Counted from the whole stretch's first letter, positions 21,206 to 33,724 are shown. The stretch: DNA of 63,812 nucleotides, filler included, from Octopus bimaculoides (GCF_001194135.2; 6 parts of 5 records of this genome joined end to end with filler, not necessarily neighbours in it), one strand, 5' to 3'. Made by a program: numbers and translations. Notes: a model not told the origin generated them from the letters alone.

Positions 21206-21914
21206 CAGGAATGATTAGATTGAGAGATCATCCGAGGTTTGAGGCTTAGCATCTGTAGAGACTCTGATGGGTTTTATTGAGTAATGTTCATGTGCAGAGA
21301 TTGCTTTTCTTTAGTCAAAAGATTTTAAAATGTCATATTCAAATTGGAGGACGTTTTCCACGTCATTGTTCAAGATAAAGTAGATGTAAGGGCAAAATAT
21401 GTCTGAAGAGTTTTCTTTTAAGGCATAGTCTTAAATGTATAACATTCGACCGAAAAATGCGAATTTATTTCAAAGTTACTGCCCCAATTCCTCTTAAGTC
21501 CGAACGATCTCGTTGATACTTACTCGGGATTCTTTAAATATGGACGAAAACAAACTACTGAAAAGTATAAATTGCTAAGTCATATCTTCTTGATGTGAAT
21601 AACTAAATCTACTATTTTCTGACAAAGTATCACCCCCTTCATAGTAATTATAAGGAAACTGAATCGATTCCAATAAAACAAGAAATTCAAAGAGTAGACC
21701 AATTACTTCTTAAGATGGTATTTTTGCAACAAACTAACGTAATGTCTCCTTACAGACGTATATATTCATTGATTTACGTTATTATAACTATTTAGTGGAG
21801 TATTGGTATATTTCTATATTTAACTTCTAAGTAAGATCATGGGGGAAACTAATAAAAATCTTTTATGTTTAAACAAAATGAAAGCAAGATTTATAGTGAT
21901 TCATGCCAGGAACT

Positions 21915-21981
21915 GGTTATTATTATCATTATTACTGTTGTCGTTGTTGTTGTTACTCTCCTCCTCCTTTTCATTATCATT

Positions 21982-22022
<41 letters not shown>

Positions 22023-22590
22023 TATTATCATTATTATTAGGATAGTAGTATCATTGCGTGCATTCACTACACAACTGAGCGCAGCTCTATGAATCTGGGC
22101 GTTTGTAGTGTTTTGTTTTGCTTTTATATTTTCTGTTTTATTAAAACAGTATTCTACCCAATATATGTGCAGTGCTTTATTCTGTACGCTATCCATATTT
22201 GTACATTCTCAGGTCAGAGTTGTATTTTTGCCTACTACACATTTTTAATCATCCCCCAAACATCTATTTTTATAGGATTAGTTCTGTTTTCTGTCTTCAC
22301 ATTCAAATTAACTCTAATTCTCGAACATCATACATTTGTATAATTTCCCTATTTCTTTATCATTTGCTGGGAGTGATACTTCGATCAGGAGGCATTTCAC
22401 TTCCAGTCTGTCCTTAATAATAGTACTCCATTGATTAGGCTTAATATTCCCATCTGTGTGGTTGGCATATCCAAGGGTGTAGTTGCTTCTCAGTCTTCTA
22501 AACCTTTTCTTTCGAATTTTTAAGCCGTCTTTTTTCTGTTGATATTTCATAATGATAGCCTGCCTACCAATGTAAAGAAGCCTCATTCGT
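21915..22590 (-). mobile_element. Dong/R4 element 3' end (restriction-like endonuclease, 3' UTR, TAA/TGA tail)
   Basis: LDMP/HTDGNIKPNQWSTIIKDRLEVKCLLIEVSLPAND (decayed HTD..IKANRPDI..KD..CLLIDVS.P motif) and gcactgcacatat (TAHI motif). Trinucleotide tail at 21915-22045. Confidence 0.75.
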
Positions 22591-23134
22591 CATGCCTGTA
22601 GACGTATCAGTCTGTAGATAGTTAAAACGCTAAAACTGGGCAGCCAGGGATAAAGTTTTTCTTCTCAACATTCACATTTTCTTCAGTTACTTAATGTATT
22701 GAACTTTATTACTTGCATATTGTTTTCTAGTAAGATGTACATCCATAATCCTTTGGTTTCAGCTTTGAGTTTTGCACTTCTTAGCCATTCTGATTTTTTT
22801 TCTCTGTTTCCACTTTATTTATTTATTTATTTATTTATTTACTGATTTTAGATACTGGCCGTGTAAGGGCCTTTCTTGCTATCACTTTAGTATGATATTC
22901 TGCAGCCCTATTTTTAGCTCTATAGTTCTTTTATTGTATTGTTTCTTATTTTCTCGTCTCAACTGTTTATCATTTCAATCCGTTTTGTATTTTTCAATGA
23001 AAAATTTCCTTTGTGCGTTAAAATGCAATTTTGTGGAATTGATTCCTATTTTCTCGAAAATTTACCCCTTCTCTTTGAGAATTGCAAACAGCTGCCGCTA
23101 CATGTTCGCTGTTCTTTATTCAGCAAGGTGTAAG

Positions 23135-23292
23135 CATGACTGTGTGGTTTAGAAGTTCATTTTGTAACCACATGGTTTTGAATTCAGTCCCATTGCGCAT
23201 CACCTTGAACAAGTGTCTCCTACTGAAGCTCTGGGGCTGACCAAAGCTTTGTTGAGTGGATTCAGTAGACATAAACTATGTGGAAATCTGTC

Positions 23293-23333
<41 letters not shown>

Positions 23334-23392
23334 TCCCCTATCCCAGCACTTGACAACCAATGACTGAAACAAATAAGAGATAAAATATAAAA
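23135..23392 (+). mobile_element. SINE family A with internal (TG)n and an internally deleted 3' half
   Basis: Head 23135-23297, (TG)n 23298-23330, then tgtcccc..cacttgacaacc fused to aatgactgaaacaaataagag. Confidence 0.8.
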
Positions 23393-23574
23393 CTAAGAGA
23401 CGTTCAGTTATAAATTTTGCACACGTCATTCAGTACATCACCACACACGTAAATTCAGACTATTGACCTCCTTGGGTTGTTTTCCTTGACTCAAATTTTG
23501 TAATAAACATATTATATTCTTCATAGCACCCTTTCGCCTGGACCACTGATCAAAGCAAACTTGAGAAAAACTAT

Positions 23575-23617
23575 ATTTTACTGATGAACTGCAATGAGAT
23601 CGAAACATATCTATATA
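23575..23617 (+). ncRNA. Decayed hammerhead-like relic
   Basis: CTGATGA(23581)-actgcaatgagatc-GAAAC-atatc-TA. Core motifs present, stems II and III broken. Confidence 0.35.
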
Positions 23618-24242
23618 TGTCATATTGCTTATTAACAAAGATGAAATTTTTTCCTATAAACATGAAAATACAATTTTCTGCGAAATTCATTCTCTTTCCT
23701 TTTTTTAAATATATCTCATTTCTCTTTCAGAGTATCTAATAATTGGCACTACGTTCATGTTTTCTTTTTCTAAGCAGCAAATTTCAATGTATGCATTGCG
23801 TACATTATTCATAAGTAATTAGTAACATCATTAGTAATTTTTTTTTTTCTTGTATTCGCCAGCTTTACTATAGTTTTTCTGTTCTTTTATTACTTTAAAA
23901 GCAAAGTTATTTCTATTTGTTTTAAATATTTGTATTGTTGGGTTGTTGTGACTGAATAACTTTACGTGCATTGTGAAACAAGCGGAGTGGAAAAGGAAAA
24001 TTTGAAAGTGTTTTGTCGTGTATATGCATAAGGAACTGAAAACAAAACGAGGGCCATCTTCGTAGAAAAGAGACGGGCAAAATGGCTAACTTTTTTAGCC
24101 AGATATCAGCCAGTTCTGTTACAATATGGAGAGCAAGGGAACTTGAAAACTGTGAAATACACGACGCATCCTTTACTTTCCTTATTGTCGTTTTACAGGT
24201 GCAGTAATGGTGGGTAAATATGTGCTAGTTATTGATAGCGAG

Positions 24243-24276
<34 letters not shown>

Positions 24277-24340
24277 NNNNNNNNNNATGGTGGGTAAATA
24301 TGTGCTAGTTATTGATAGCGAGTGACTCTCTCTCTCTCTC

Positions 24341-24372
<32 letters not shown>

Positions 24373-24569
24373 GATATTGTTAAAAGCTTTCATTCCATTA
24401 AGGGCCGCAGCACAACTAACAGCCAGTAACTAACTTAGAAGGTGTTGGTTACTTTAGTAATGGTCACCCGCATAGTTATTTCGAATGGCTCAGAAGTGAA
24501 GCACATTTGCTACAAAGAATAGCATAGTACTATTGGAGCCTCGATGTGATAAGAACAAGACAACAGTAA

Positions 24570-24700
24570 CTTTAAATGATTGGCAAGTAAGGGAGATAGT
24601 TCTACACGGTTTCCTCTTATTAGACCTCTTCAGCAAAGCATTAGCTTTACCATACGAGAAGTAATGATGCGAATTTAAATAATGGAAAGCTGGCATCTAT
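24570..24700 (-). mobile_element. Decayed PLE pseudo-LTR-like repeat, copy 1, with hammerhead relic (24598-24639)
   Basis: Minus strand CTGAAGA-ggtctaataagag-GAAAC-cgt-GTA. Homologous to 25245-25380. Confidence 0.5.
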
Positions 24701-25244
24701 TTGTGTCGTAACATGAGGTAAACTGAAATATAAAGTAGAATAAAGTATTTTGCAAGGAACACGCGCAGCAGGTTTGAACTCGAGAACCATGAGTAAGTAA
24801 TCTGGTAAATCTATCCGTTTGGCTATCTACTGATTACGAATATTCAAAGAGAAAATACAAACATTTGATGCTTGACATATATTTCCTTCATTAAATGAAT
24901 TACTATAGATACTAATATAAATAATATAAATTGGTGAGCTAATTATTGTAAATATTTTTACACGTGAGAAATAATTAATCAGATTATGAAATTCATCATT
25001 TGATTAACTGTAAATGCATTTTTTTTTTTAATTCGACCTTCTGAGCTGTTAAAAGTCTCTGATTGACATGAGGTATCACTTTAGTTCCTTAAATATTTGT
25101 GGAGAAATACTAAGTAGAGAAAAGAAAATATCAAGGGAAATTTCAAAATACATCAGTTAACATATTTAACAGTTGACATATTTAAAGCAAGGAAGTATCC
25201 AAAACTAATAGAAAGAAAACATATGGTACGGAAAAGACTATTAG

Positions 25245-25380
25245 CTCAATGATTGGCAAGTACGGGAGATAATTCTTGATACGTTTTTATGTTATTAATC
25301 CTCTTCAGCGAAGCATAGACTGCATCGTACTTGCAGAAGTAGTGATGAAAAGAATCATTAAATTCGTTTGCAGAAAACCC
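25245..25380 (-). mobile_element. Decayed PLE pseudo-LTR-like repeat, copy 2, with hammerhead relic (25275-25313)
   Basis: Minus strand cttcg-CTGAAGA-ggattaataacata-AAAAC-GTA-tcaag. Shares atgattggcaagtaMgggagataRttct and cctcttcagcRaagcat with copy 1. Confidence 0.5.
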
Positions 25381-25425
25381 ATCTTGAGAACGATTTTCTA
25401 CTAGTCGTTTATAAATACGGATATA

Positions 25426-25860
25426 CGAGGATTTTGCCGATAACAATGCAAAAGTGGGTGGGTAGGAGCTTGTTTTTTTTTATTGACTAACATAGGTTTT
25501 TTTCAAATTGCATATGTTAGTGGAGTTACTCTTCCATTATAGTAACTTATCTTCCTTTTCTTCTTCGTTGAAGACGATGATGGACTTCGAGCAGGAGCAA
25601 CGTGCCGTCATTAAGTTCTTTGCACAGAAGGTTACAGACTGGTTATAAAGATGACACTACTGATAAGAACAATGTTCATAAATACATGAAGAAGTTTAAA
25701 GAAGGAATAAACGGTATTGAATACAAACTACGCAGTGAGGACGCATCAACTGCGACAATTGAGATGAAACGCCAGCAAGTGGACGAATCGATTTACGCGA
25801 ACAGACGGATCACATTCCGTAAACATTCTGCACAATCGAATTGTGATTACGATGCCTAAC
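25426..25860 (+). mobile_element. Mariner 5' fragment
   Basis: TA-cgagg start. ATG at 25577: MMDFEQEQRAVIKFF..NVHKYMKKFKEGINGIEYKLRS..QQVDESIYANRRIT. Interrupted by a SINE at ~25866. Confidence 0.75.
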
Positions 25861-25865
25861 AAAAG

Positions 25866-26300
25866 ATATTCTTTTCTATTCTAGGCACAAGGTCCGAAAT
25901 TTTGGGAGAGGAGGCCAGTCGATTAGATCTACCCTAGTACGCAACTGGTATTTATTTAATCGACCCCGAAAGGATGAAAGGCAAAGTCGACCTCGGAGGA
26001 ATTTGAACTCAGAACGTAAAGACAGACGAAATACCGCTAAGTATTTCGCCTGACGTGCTAACGATTCTTATTTCGTTATTGCCCACAAGGGGCTAAACAT
26101 AGAGGGGACAAACAAGGACAGACAAATGGGTTAAGTCGATTACATCGACCCAGTGCGTAACTGGTACTTAATTTATCGACCCCGAAAGGATGAAAGGCAA
26201 AGTCGACCTCGGCGGAATTTGAACTCAGAACGTAACAGCAGACGAAATACCTCTAAGCATTTCGCCCGGCGTGCTTATGATTCTGCCAGCTCGCCACCCT
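25866..26300 (-). mobile_element. Tandem pair of SINE family B copies with two different 3' tails
   Basis: Two near-identical bodies (atcgaccccgaaaggatgaaaggcaaagtcgacctcgg..gaatttgaactcagaacgtaa) at ~25960 and ~26175. Confidence 0.9.
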
Positions 26301-27339
26301 CGTAGTAAACAAAACTGTGATGAAAAGCTTTGTAACAGTAACAATCCCGGTTTGTATATTAGGAACTATATTTTTCCAAATAGATAATAGAGCCTTCATT
26401 TATAAGAGACGTCTATCTCCAACAGTTCCCTGTTTAACAAAACTGTCTGCGAATGAACTATTCTGAATAACTGTGCCTCACTTTTTCCCTTTCATCCCGC
26501 TCCCTTTCCTCCTTCTGACTCGCAATTTCTATTTCTTATCTTCCGAGTTGAAAACTGAAGTATCAGGTCTCCTTTAGAGACGGTGAGAGTTTCAGCTTAG
26601 CGAAAAAGAGTGATAGAATTGTTACCTAAATACACAGAGACGTCGGCAGCATTATTATTAGATGTAAAATAATGTACACGAATAGGCGAGGAAATTAGCA
26701 TATTTGAAATACATAAATCACCGAGTGATATAGAACGTGAGTAGAAAACGTTATTAATATCACAGCCACTGGAATTACCGAAATATATAATTACACTTGC
26801 TTAGAATTATAACAAGGTTTCAGTATCTGATTATCCATTAGCCGAGAAGCGTAGTAGCGTGGCTGAATTGGATACTGACGATAAATGCTCTGCAGATATT
26901 TTATTACGTCATGTTGTGGTCTATATTCAAACCCAGTTTGAGTCTACGTTGTCTTAAACCATTCAAAAGGTAACAAATTAAGGACCAGTGAAAAGCTGAA
27001 TTGATTTCACCCCTTGCCTATCAAAGCATTTTCATAAGTTTGTTCTAGACGTCCATGGATTGTTTTCAACCTTTTAAGTTACCTCGTTACGAACGTTCTG
27101 AGTCATATAAAGCTTTCCTTTCATAAGTCTGAACTTATTCAGGTGATTGGAAGAAAATTAGGAATGAGTATCATATAAAATGATGGGACGCTAGGGAAAT
27201 ATCTCCTGTGTATCACGTCATACACAAGACAGGCAGAAGTTTAATGCCGGTTCTCCTTCCCTGATGTTCTTGGCCTTGTGACCATGTGAGACACCATCAT
27301 CATTATCGTTCACTTTCATATATAGAAAGACAGACAAAC

Positions 27340-27384
<45 letters not shown>

Positions 27385-27829
27385 TGTAGTAACGCCGTGC
27401 GCATGCGTAGTCTCGCGCATGCGTAGAATTAAACAAGCAAGCGTTCCCGCTCAATTCATTCTCTTTCTTGCTGGCCAGCAACAGAGCATGGACGTGTTAA
27501 GCTGTCTCTCTACATCTTTCAGACTTACACTCGACAGCTCGCTTACACCTACATAACAACGTCCCAACAACTATGCTCACACACAACAGAAGCTGTAACA
27601 ACTAGAGCTAAAGATGTATATATTTACCGTTTAAATAAAGTGATGTTTAAGTTGATAGTCTGGAGTTCAGCGTTTCGTTATATTCATTAATTTTATATAG
27701 GAAAGTCAGGTATACATCTAATGATGTATAACCAACTTTCCTATAGATAGATAGATAACTAGACAGACAGAAAGCTGGATGGATAGATAGATGTGTGTGT
27801 GATAGAGAGAGAGAGAAAGAGAGAGCGGC

Positions 27830-28030
27830 AGGGTTGTCTTCTCCCACCGCTCAACAACCAGTGTTCATTCGTTTACATCCCCTTAATCTAGTGATTCGGC
27901 TAAGGGACTCTACTGGAATAAGTACCAGGCTTTTAAAACAAGTCCTAGAGTCGAGCTATTCTACTAAACCCTTCGTGGCGGTGTCCCAGCAAAGCCGCAG
28001 TCCAACGACTGACACAAGTAAAAGACAAGG
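27830..28030 (+). mobile_element. SINE family A, 3' half
   Basis: gaataagtaccaggct..aagtcctagagtcga..ggcggtgtcccagcaaagccgcagtcc..gactgacacaagtaaaagac, preceded by (GATA)/(GA) repeats. Confidence 0.75.
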
Positions 28031-28507
28031 GAACCAGTGTTTGGTTACTCTATCCGCTAGAATTAGTAACCATATACCCCACAAATCACACTGCACAGTC
28101 TTAATAACAAAAAGGGTGAATTAGAGAATAGTGTACTAAATGCACCTTCTGAAAAAGGATAAATAAAAAAGAAAAGAAATGAAAGCAAAAAGAGAAAAAA
28201 GACAAGGTGGTTTTAGCCTTTGATTCATAGGTCTGCTGGAGTAGGACTGACCCCGGGTTAAACAACAACAACAACAACAAATCAATATTCGGTCTGGAAT
28301 TATTGGATACTCGCTGAGAATGCAGGTTGCTATTTTCAAATGGATGGCGCTAATTATAGTCAAACACTGTAGCTATAGACATTCATACGTTATATATATA
28401 TATATGTATGTGTGCATACAGATATACATATATACATACATATACACATATATAGTTGGTGGAAGTTCTGTACCCATATATGCATATATATACATGCATA
28501 CATGCAC

Positions 28508-28555
<48 letters not shown>

Positions 28556-29989
28556 AGAGATCCTTTTTTTATAATGGATACAAGTTTCAGGTACCGGATG
28601 ATTTCCATACACTTCGACCTCTTTTTACTGATTTCATCTGTGTGTGTGTGTGTGCGTGTGTGGTATATGTGTGTAGGTGTGTCTGTGCGTGCGTGTTATA
28701 TAGTCGTTCTCTATTACTTCCGACTACCTTATTAATATCCGTATTGCTGTGAAGGAGAATTTTCAACCGGAAATAAGCATCTGATTGATAAAGGTTTTTT
28801 TCTTTTTCTTTTTTGAGCAAAAGATAAAAAAATAACATAATAGCAATAAAATAAACGGACAAAAAGCAGCGACTCAGTCATACACAAACACACACAGAAA
28901 TATACACACGCGCACAGATTGTCTGTCTCTATGTATGCACATATGTGCGGGAGTGGCACACCGAACATGTAAGTGCGAGTGTGATTACAGTTGTGTGTGT
29001 GTGCGTGCGTGCGTGCGTGTTTATAAGCACATTCATTTGTGTGCCTTTTTATATATAACCGTGTATGTATATCGATATGAATGTTAGTGTATACGCATAT
29101 TCATGTATGCGATTATGCTTGTATTAAATATGTTTATTCATATTCTCGTGTTATAGGATCGGGTTTATAAATACGATTGCTTTTAAGTGATCACCGAAGC
29201 GAAATACGTCTCTTTTTTTTTTTTTTTTTTTTGGTGCTGATAGCAAAGACATAAGGATCGCTTCCCACACACAGCTGTAATTACAGTTAGTTATTTAGTT
29301 TTTTGTTGCTTAAATTTTTTTTTTAATATCTATTGACGGGGATAAACGTTGAATGCCATAGAATCATTCTACTGAATCATGGGACGAGGTTTACATGTCT
29401 GTAACATATTTCGCATCACCATAAGCGAGGAAGTTTCTCTAAGAACCAACACTTTCGTCATAGTTCATAACGTATCCAGTGAAATAAATTTATCTACACG
29501 CATCTGGAAGGGTATTATGAAAATGAGCTGACTCATAATTTCCAAAGCAACATATGGGAATAAAGAGTCGAATTTATTACACTGTGGTATTGACATCATC
29601 CTATTAAATACTTAACCTCCAAAGAAAAGCTGTAACTTTTAAGCTGTACCCGACATTCAGAATCTATCCATCTCATTTTGCTGAGGCACGCATGCCACGA
29701 CTCTGAGGAGTTACAACACTGTATAAACGCTTTCTTTTCACAGGGAACAATTGCTACACTTATCAAGGAAATATCTTAGTAATGTGCCCTTCCTGGTTAA
29801 TATGCAGTTTACTCTCATAAAAAGTGAAAGAAAATTGTCGTAAAAAAAAATGAAAGTAAATTGCGATAGAAACCAGCAGTGATGAGAGTAAGATACCATA
29901 AAACACGTTTGATATCCTATGAATGGGATTCCTATGAATATCTTAGCATTTTCTCATGGCTCATCTTTGGGTGAAGCAAAGATTAAGAA

Positions 29990-30960
29990 TGGGTACCTAG
30001 TAAATTCAATGTTAACGTTCTATAAAGGATTAATGTTGAAGAAGAGCGACAACGTTTGCCGGGAAACTTTGGGCGTCGACGAGAATCAATTGGCTGGCCT
30101 ATTCCAAAAGATAACTTCCAGAAAACCCAATCTGATGTGGTGGGCACTGTAAGTTCGGGTCAAACTAAAGTGCCGTTAGCCGGGCCTGTCTGAGATGCGT
30201 GCATAGCGAATAAATTGTTCTGCAACACTCGTCTAGTGCCTGAGCATGGTCGATTTATGGCGTTCTGCCGAACAAATACTGCTGCATGTAGGACCGATTC
30301 GGTTATTAAATGAGCTCATATTAAAAATCGTCCTGTTGTCTTCCTTTAATCATGAAGGACAAGCAGTCTTCGTCTTTCTGGTGGTTTTAGAGAAGACAAG
30401 AGGTTGCGCGGTGAACCAAGCTGAAAGTAAACACTTTCCTCTTTGGACAAACTCTCAGCAACTTTTCAAATTCTACTTGAGAAAGGAAAGTCATGGTAAA
30501 GAAAGAAGTGTTTCTTCACAGCAAATTTATTGAAAGGTGGCTGACAGTAGCAAGGATGGTCAGAGTGAATGGGTCTGCGCTGATCAGGCACCAGTAGATT
30601 GAGAGATGAGGATGAGGAATTATTTCTTGTTTGAATTTTAGTTTTCAGAGGCTGACTCGCTGCAATGTACAACATCTGTTCGGTGTCAAAGTAAATGGCC
30701 ACCTATCGGAATCGCACGTTCAGTCTGTCAAAGATGCCCACTCTCGCCCCTTCTGTACATGCTGGCTCTCGAGCTATTGCTAAGGAAGTTGAATGTGTCG
30801 AGGGACATCTCGCGTGAACTAGGATGCAGAAAGTTCGTGTCGGCTTTTGCGGACGACGTCACCGTAATAGTGTTCGACATCTCGGAAAAATGAATACGAA
30901 GTGGTGACAGGAGCAAAGATTAACCAGAAGTCGGTGGGCCTGCAGCTTGATACCTAGAGA
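29990..30960 (+). mobile_element. L1/Tx1-clade LINE fragments: ORF2 C-terminus (29990-30590) followed by RT core (30640-30960)
   Basis: RACLRC..VDLWRSAEQILLHVG.. and KVNGHLSE../CPLSPLLYMLALELLLRKL..SAFADDVTV..YEVVTGAKIN. Confidence 0.8.
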
Positions 30961-31014
30961 AGCAGGTCGGGCTCGATATAATATGTACCTTGACTTCATT
31001 ACTTAACAGATACA

Positions 31015-31938
31015 TATTTTATCGAGCCGGAAAGGATGAAAAGGCAAAGTTGATCTCGGCGGAATTTGAACTCGGAACGCTAAGACGGACGAAATTACGC
31101 TGAACATTTTGTCCGGCGTGTTAACGATTCTGCCAGCTCACCAACTCTTCACCGCGTATTTTGTAACAGACACGGTGCTACAGATTTGGAGGAGGGAGTT
31201 ACTCGATTAAATTGGCCACATTTTTTTTTTGTTTTTGTGGGGAAACATTATCCTATGAATATCGGTAGAATGAAAGGCAAAGCTAACCTCGGCAGTATTT
31301 GAAGTCAATGTTAAAAGCCTTAACTAAATACTACAAGACATTTTGTTCGACGCTCATACGATTTTGCCAATCTTCTATCCACTAGCTCTTTTATAGGAGT
31401 GGCACCATTTTGGGGTCTGCTGTAGGCAATCGTTATTTTTTGCGGGGGCCCCAGGAGCGGCAAAGTGAAGGACCGTCACACACTCTAGCTACGCTGGTGC
31501 CTCCACCCTTGATGAAAATAAAGATAATTATTATTATTTCGACTATAGGCATAAGGTCTGAAATTTGGGGGGAGGAGGAGGAAGTTAATCGATCATCGAC
31601 CTCGAAGTTCGACTAGTTCTTATTTTATCCACCTCGAAAAGATGAAAGGCAAAGTCGACCTCGGCAGAATTTGAACTCAGAACGTAAAGCTAGAAGAAAT
31701 GTCCAGCATTTTATCCAACACTCTGACGACTTTGCCAGTTCGCTGCCTTAATATAATAATGCTTTCAAATTTTGGCATGTGACCAGTTATTTTAAGGGTA
31801 GAGGCTATGCCGATTACATCGACCTCAATTGGTATATATTTCATCGACACCGAAAGGATAAAAGACAGAGTTGATCTCAGCGCCATTTGAACGTAAAGAG
31901 CTGAAACAAATTCCGCTAAACATTTTGTTCGGCGCTCT
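31015..31938 (-). mobile_element. Cluster of four SINE family B copies
   Basis: Bodies at ~31015-31142, 31185-31385, 31535-31748 and 31775-31938, all on the minus strand. Confidence 0.85.
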
Positions 31939-32749
31939 NNNNNNNNNNNNNNNNNNNNNNNNNNNNNNNNNNNNNNNNNNNNTTAATTAATTAANNNNNN
32001 NNNNNNNNNNNNNNNNNNNNNNNNNNNNNNNNNNNNNNATATATATATATATATATATATACAGGCATTTATATGTATATAGAGAGATACTCCATTTATC
32101 CTGCTACACAAAATACTGATTATGCTGATGTACTAACAGAATATATATATACATACTAACAAGAATATATATACATGTGTATGTGATGTGTATGTGTATA
32201 TTTGTGTAAACATAGAAAGGCAATTTTAATATTAAAACTACGTAAAATTTATAAAGGCTGTCCGTAACACAGGAAAGTTTTACATCAATCTCTGGTTCTT
32301 TTCAGACAAAACGAATTATACTCGACATTTATCGAAGAACTATTTAACATTTCGTATTGTTGGGTGTATCTAACTGTTCCCTTAATTATTTATTCAATCT
32401 TTCATTGTTTCTTCTTTCCTCTTCTCTTCTCTTCCTTCCTCTCATTTAAAGGCATTTAACAACGAGATAAGATGGCGGATTTTAGCCTTATATATCGTCT
32501 GCTGCTGATTGTCATTATATCACTTTCCAACCTCTATTCCCTTGCCTATATTTTTTAAATGCTTTACCGCCTTTTTTTTTTTTTATCATTGCTTCTCGTT
32601 ATATATTTTGCACTTGATAATAAACATGCATTTCTTTTATGGATGGATATCAGATTTTCTCTGTTGTCAAGGTAACCAGGTTATTACCGCGCAGTGACTG
32701 ACTGAACTTAATCGGGAAAGCTAGTAGAAATAATAATAATAATAATGAA

Positions 32750-33045
32750 TCATTTCAAACTTTTGCACAAGGCCAGCAATTTCGGGGGAGGGGGTAAGTC
32801 GACTCCATTGATACTCGACCCCAAAAGGGTGACAGGCAAAGTCAAATAATGATAACAATAATCCTTTCTAATATAGGCACAAGGCCTGAAATTTCGGGAG
32901 CTCAACTGGTACTTATTTTATCGACCCCGAAAGGATAAAAGGTAAAGTCGACCTCGGCGGAATTTGAACCCAGAACGTAACGGCAGACGAAATACCGCTA
33001 AGCAATTCGCCCGGCGTGTTAACGATTCTGCCAGCTCGCCGCCAT
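32750..33045 (-). mobile_element. SINE family B (partial plus full copy)
   Basis: ggtaaagtcgacctcggcggaatttgaacccagaacgtaacggcagacgaaataccgctaagc..gattctgccagctcgccgcc. Confidence 0.9.
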
Positions 33046-33682
33046 AAGGATAATGATAATGGTGATGATGATGATGATGATGACTAAATAAATGCTTATA
33101 TTAATGAAGATGAGTATAAATAGAAGATAAAATCTGTTTGAAATATTTATAAATAATACGGAGAGAAGTGGAACCTAAAGAATTATGGTGGAAATAAATC
33201 CCAAACAAGCTGTTGTACTATATTTGTAAAGGTCGAAATGGAAGGATGCCGCTGTTGGTCGTTTGACCTCAATATCTAGCCAGTGTAGTTGTCAACTTGT
33301 GTGATTTTATCGTCTGAAGCCGTCATTATTTTCAGCAGGAAGACTCACATGTAAGTCAATCTGTGGAAATTCAATCGTGTTGTCCTTGTTACGAGCTGGA
33401 GATGAAGATAGCTGAAAGAGTAAGGTACAATGGAAAGGGCAACGGAACAGCGACGGCGCCACCTTCGCCTTAGACAGCAAACCTATAGTTATAAAAGAGA
33501 AAAAAAAAAGGAAGAAAGAATGAAAGAGAGAGAGAGAAAGAGAGAGAGATCGTAAAGTAACATGAAATTGTGTGTGGTATATGAAGGGGAGAGATATAGA
33601 CAATGGAGAGAAGAAAAGACGTTTACAATTGAGGAAGAAAAATCGATGAAGATGTAAAAAATGACAGTAGAAACAGCATTTA

Positions 33683-33724
<42 letters not shown>

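Noticed and set aside
24207-24370. Exact duplication of atggtgggtaaatatgtgctagttattgatagcgagtga(CT)n either side of a 10-N gap
   Set aside because: Typical unmerged overlapping contig ends at a microsatellite.
24570-25380. Duplicated (mutually exclusive) coding exons, NDWQVREI..
   Set aside because: Frameshifts and stops differ between the copies and no splice signals were found. The hammerhead/pLTR relic reading explains the conserved bases better.
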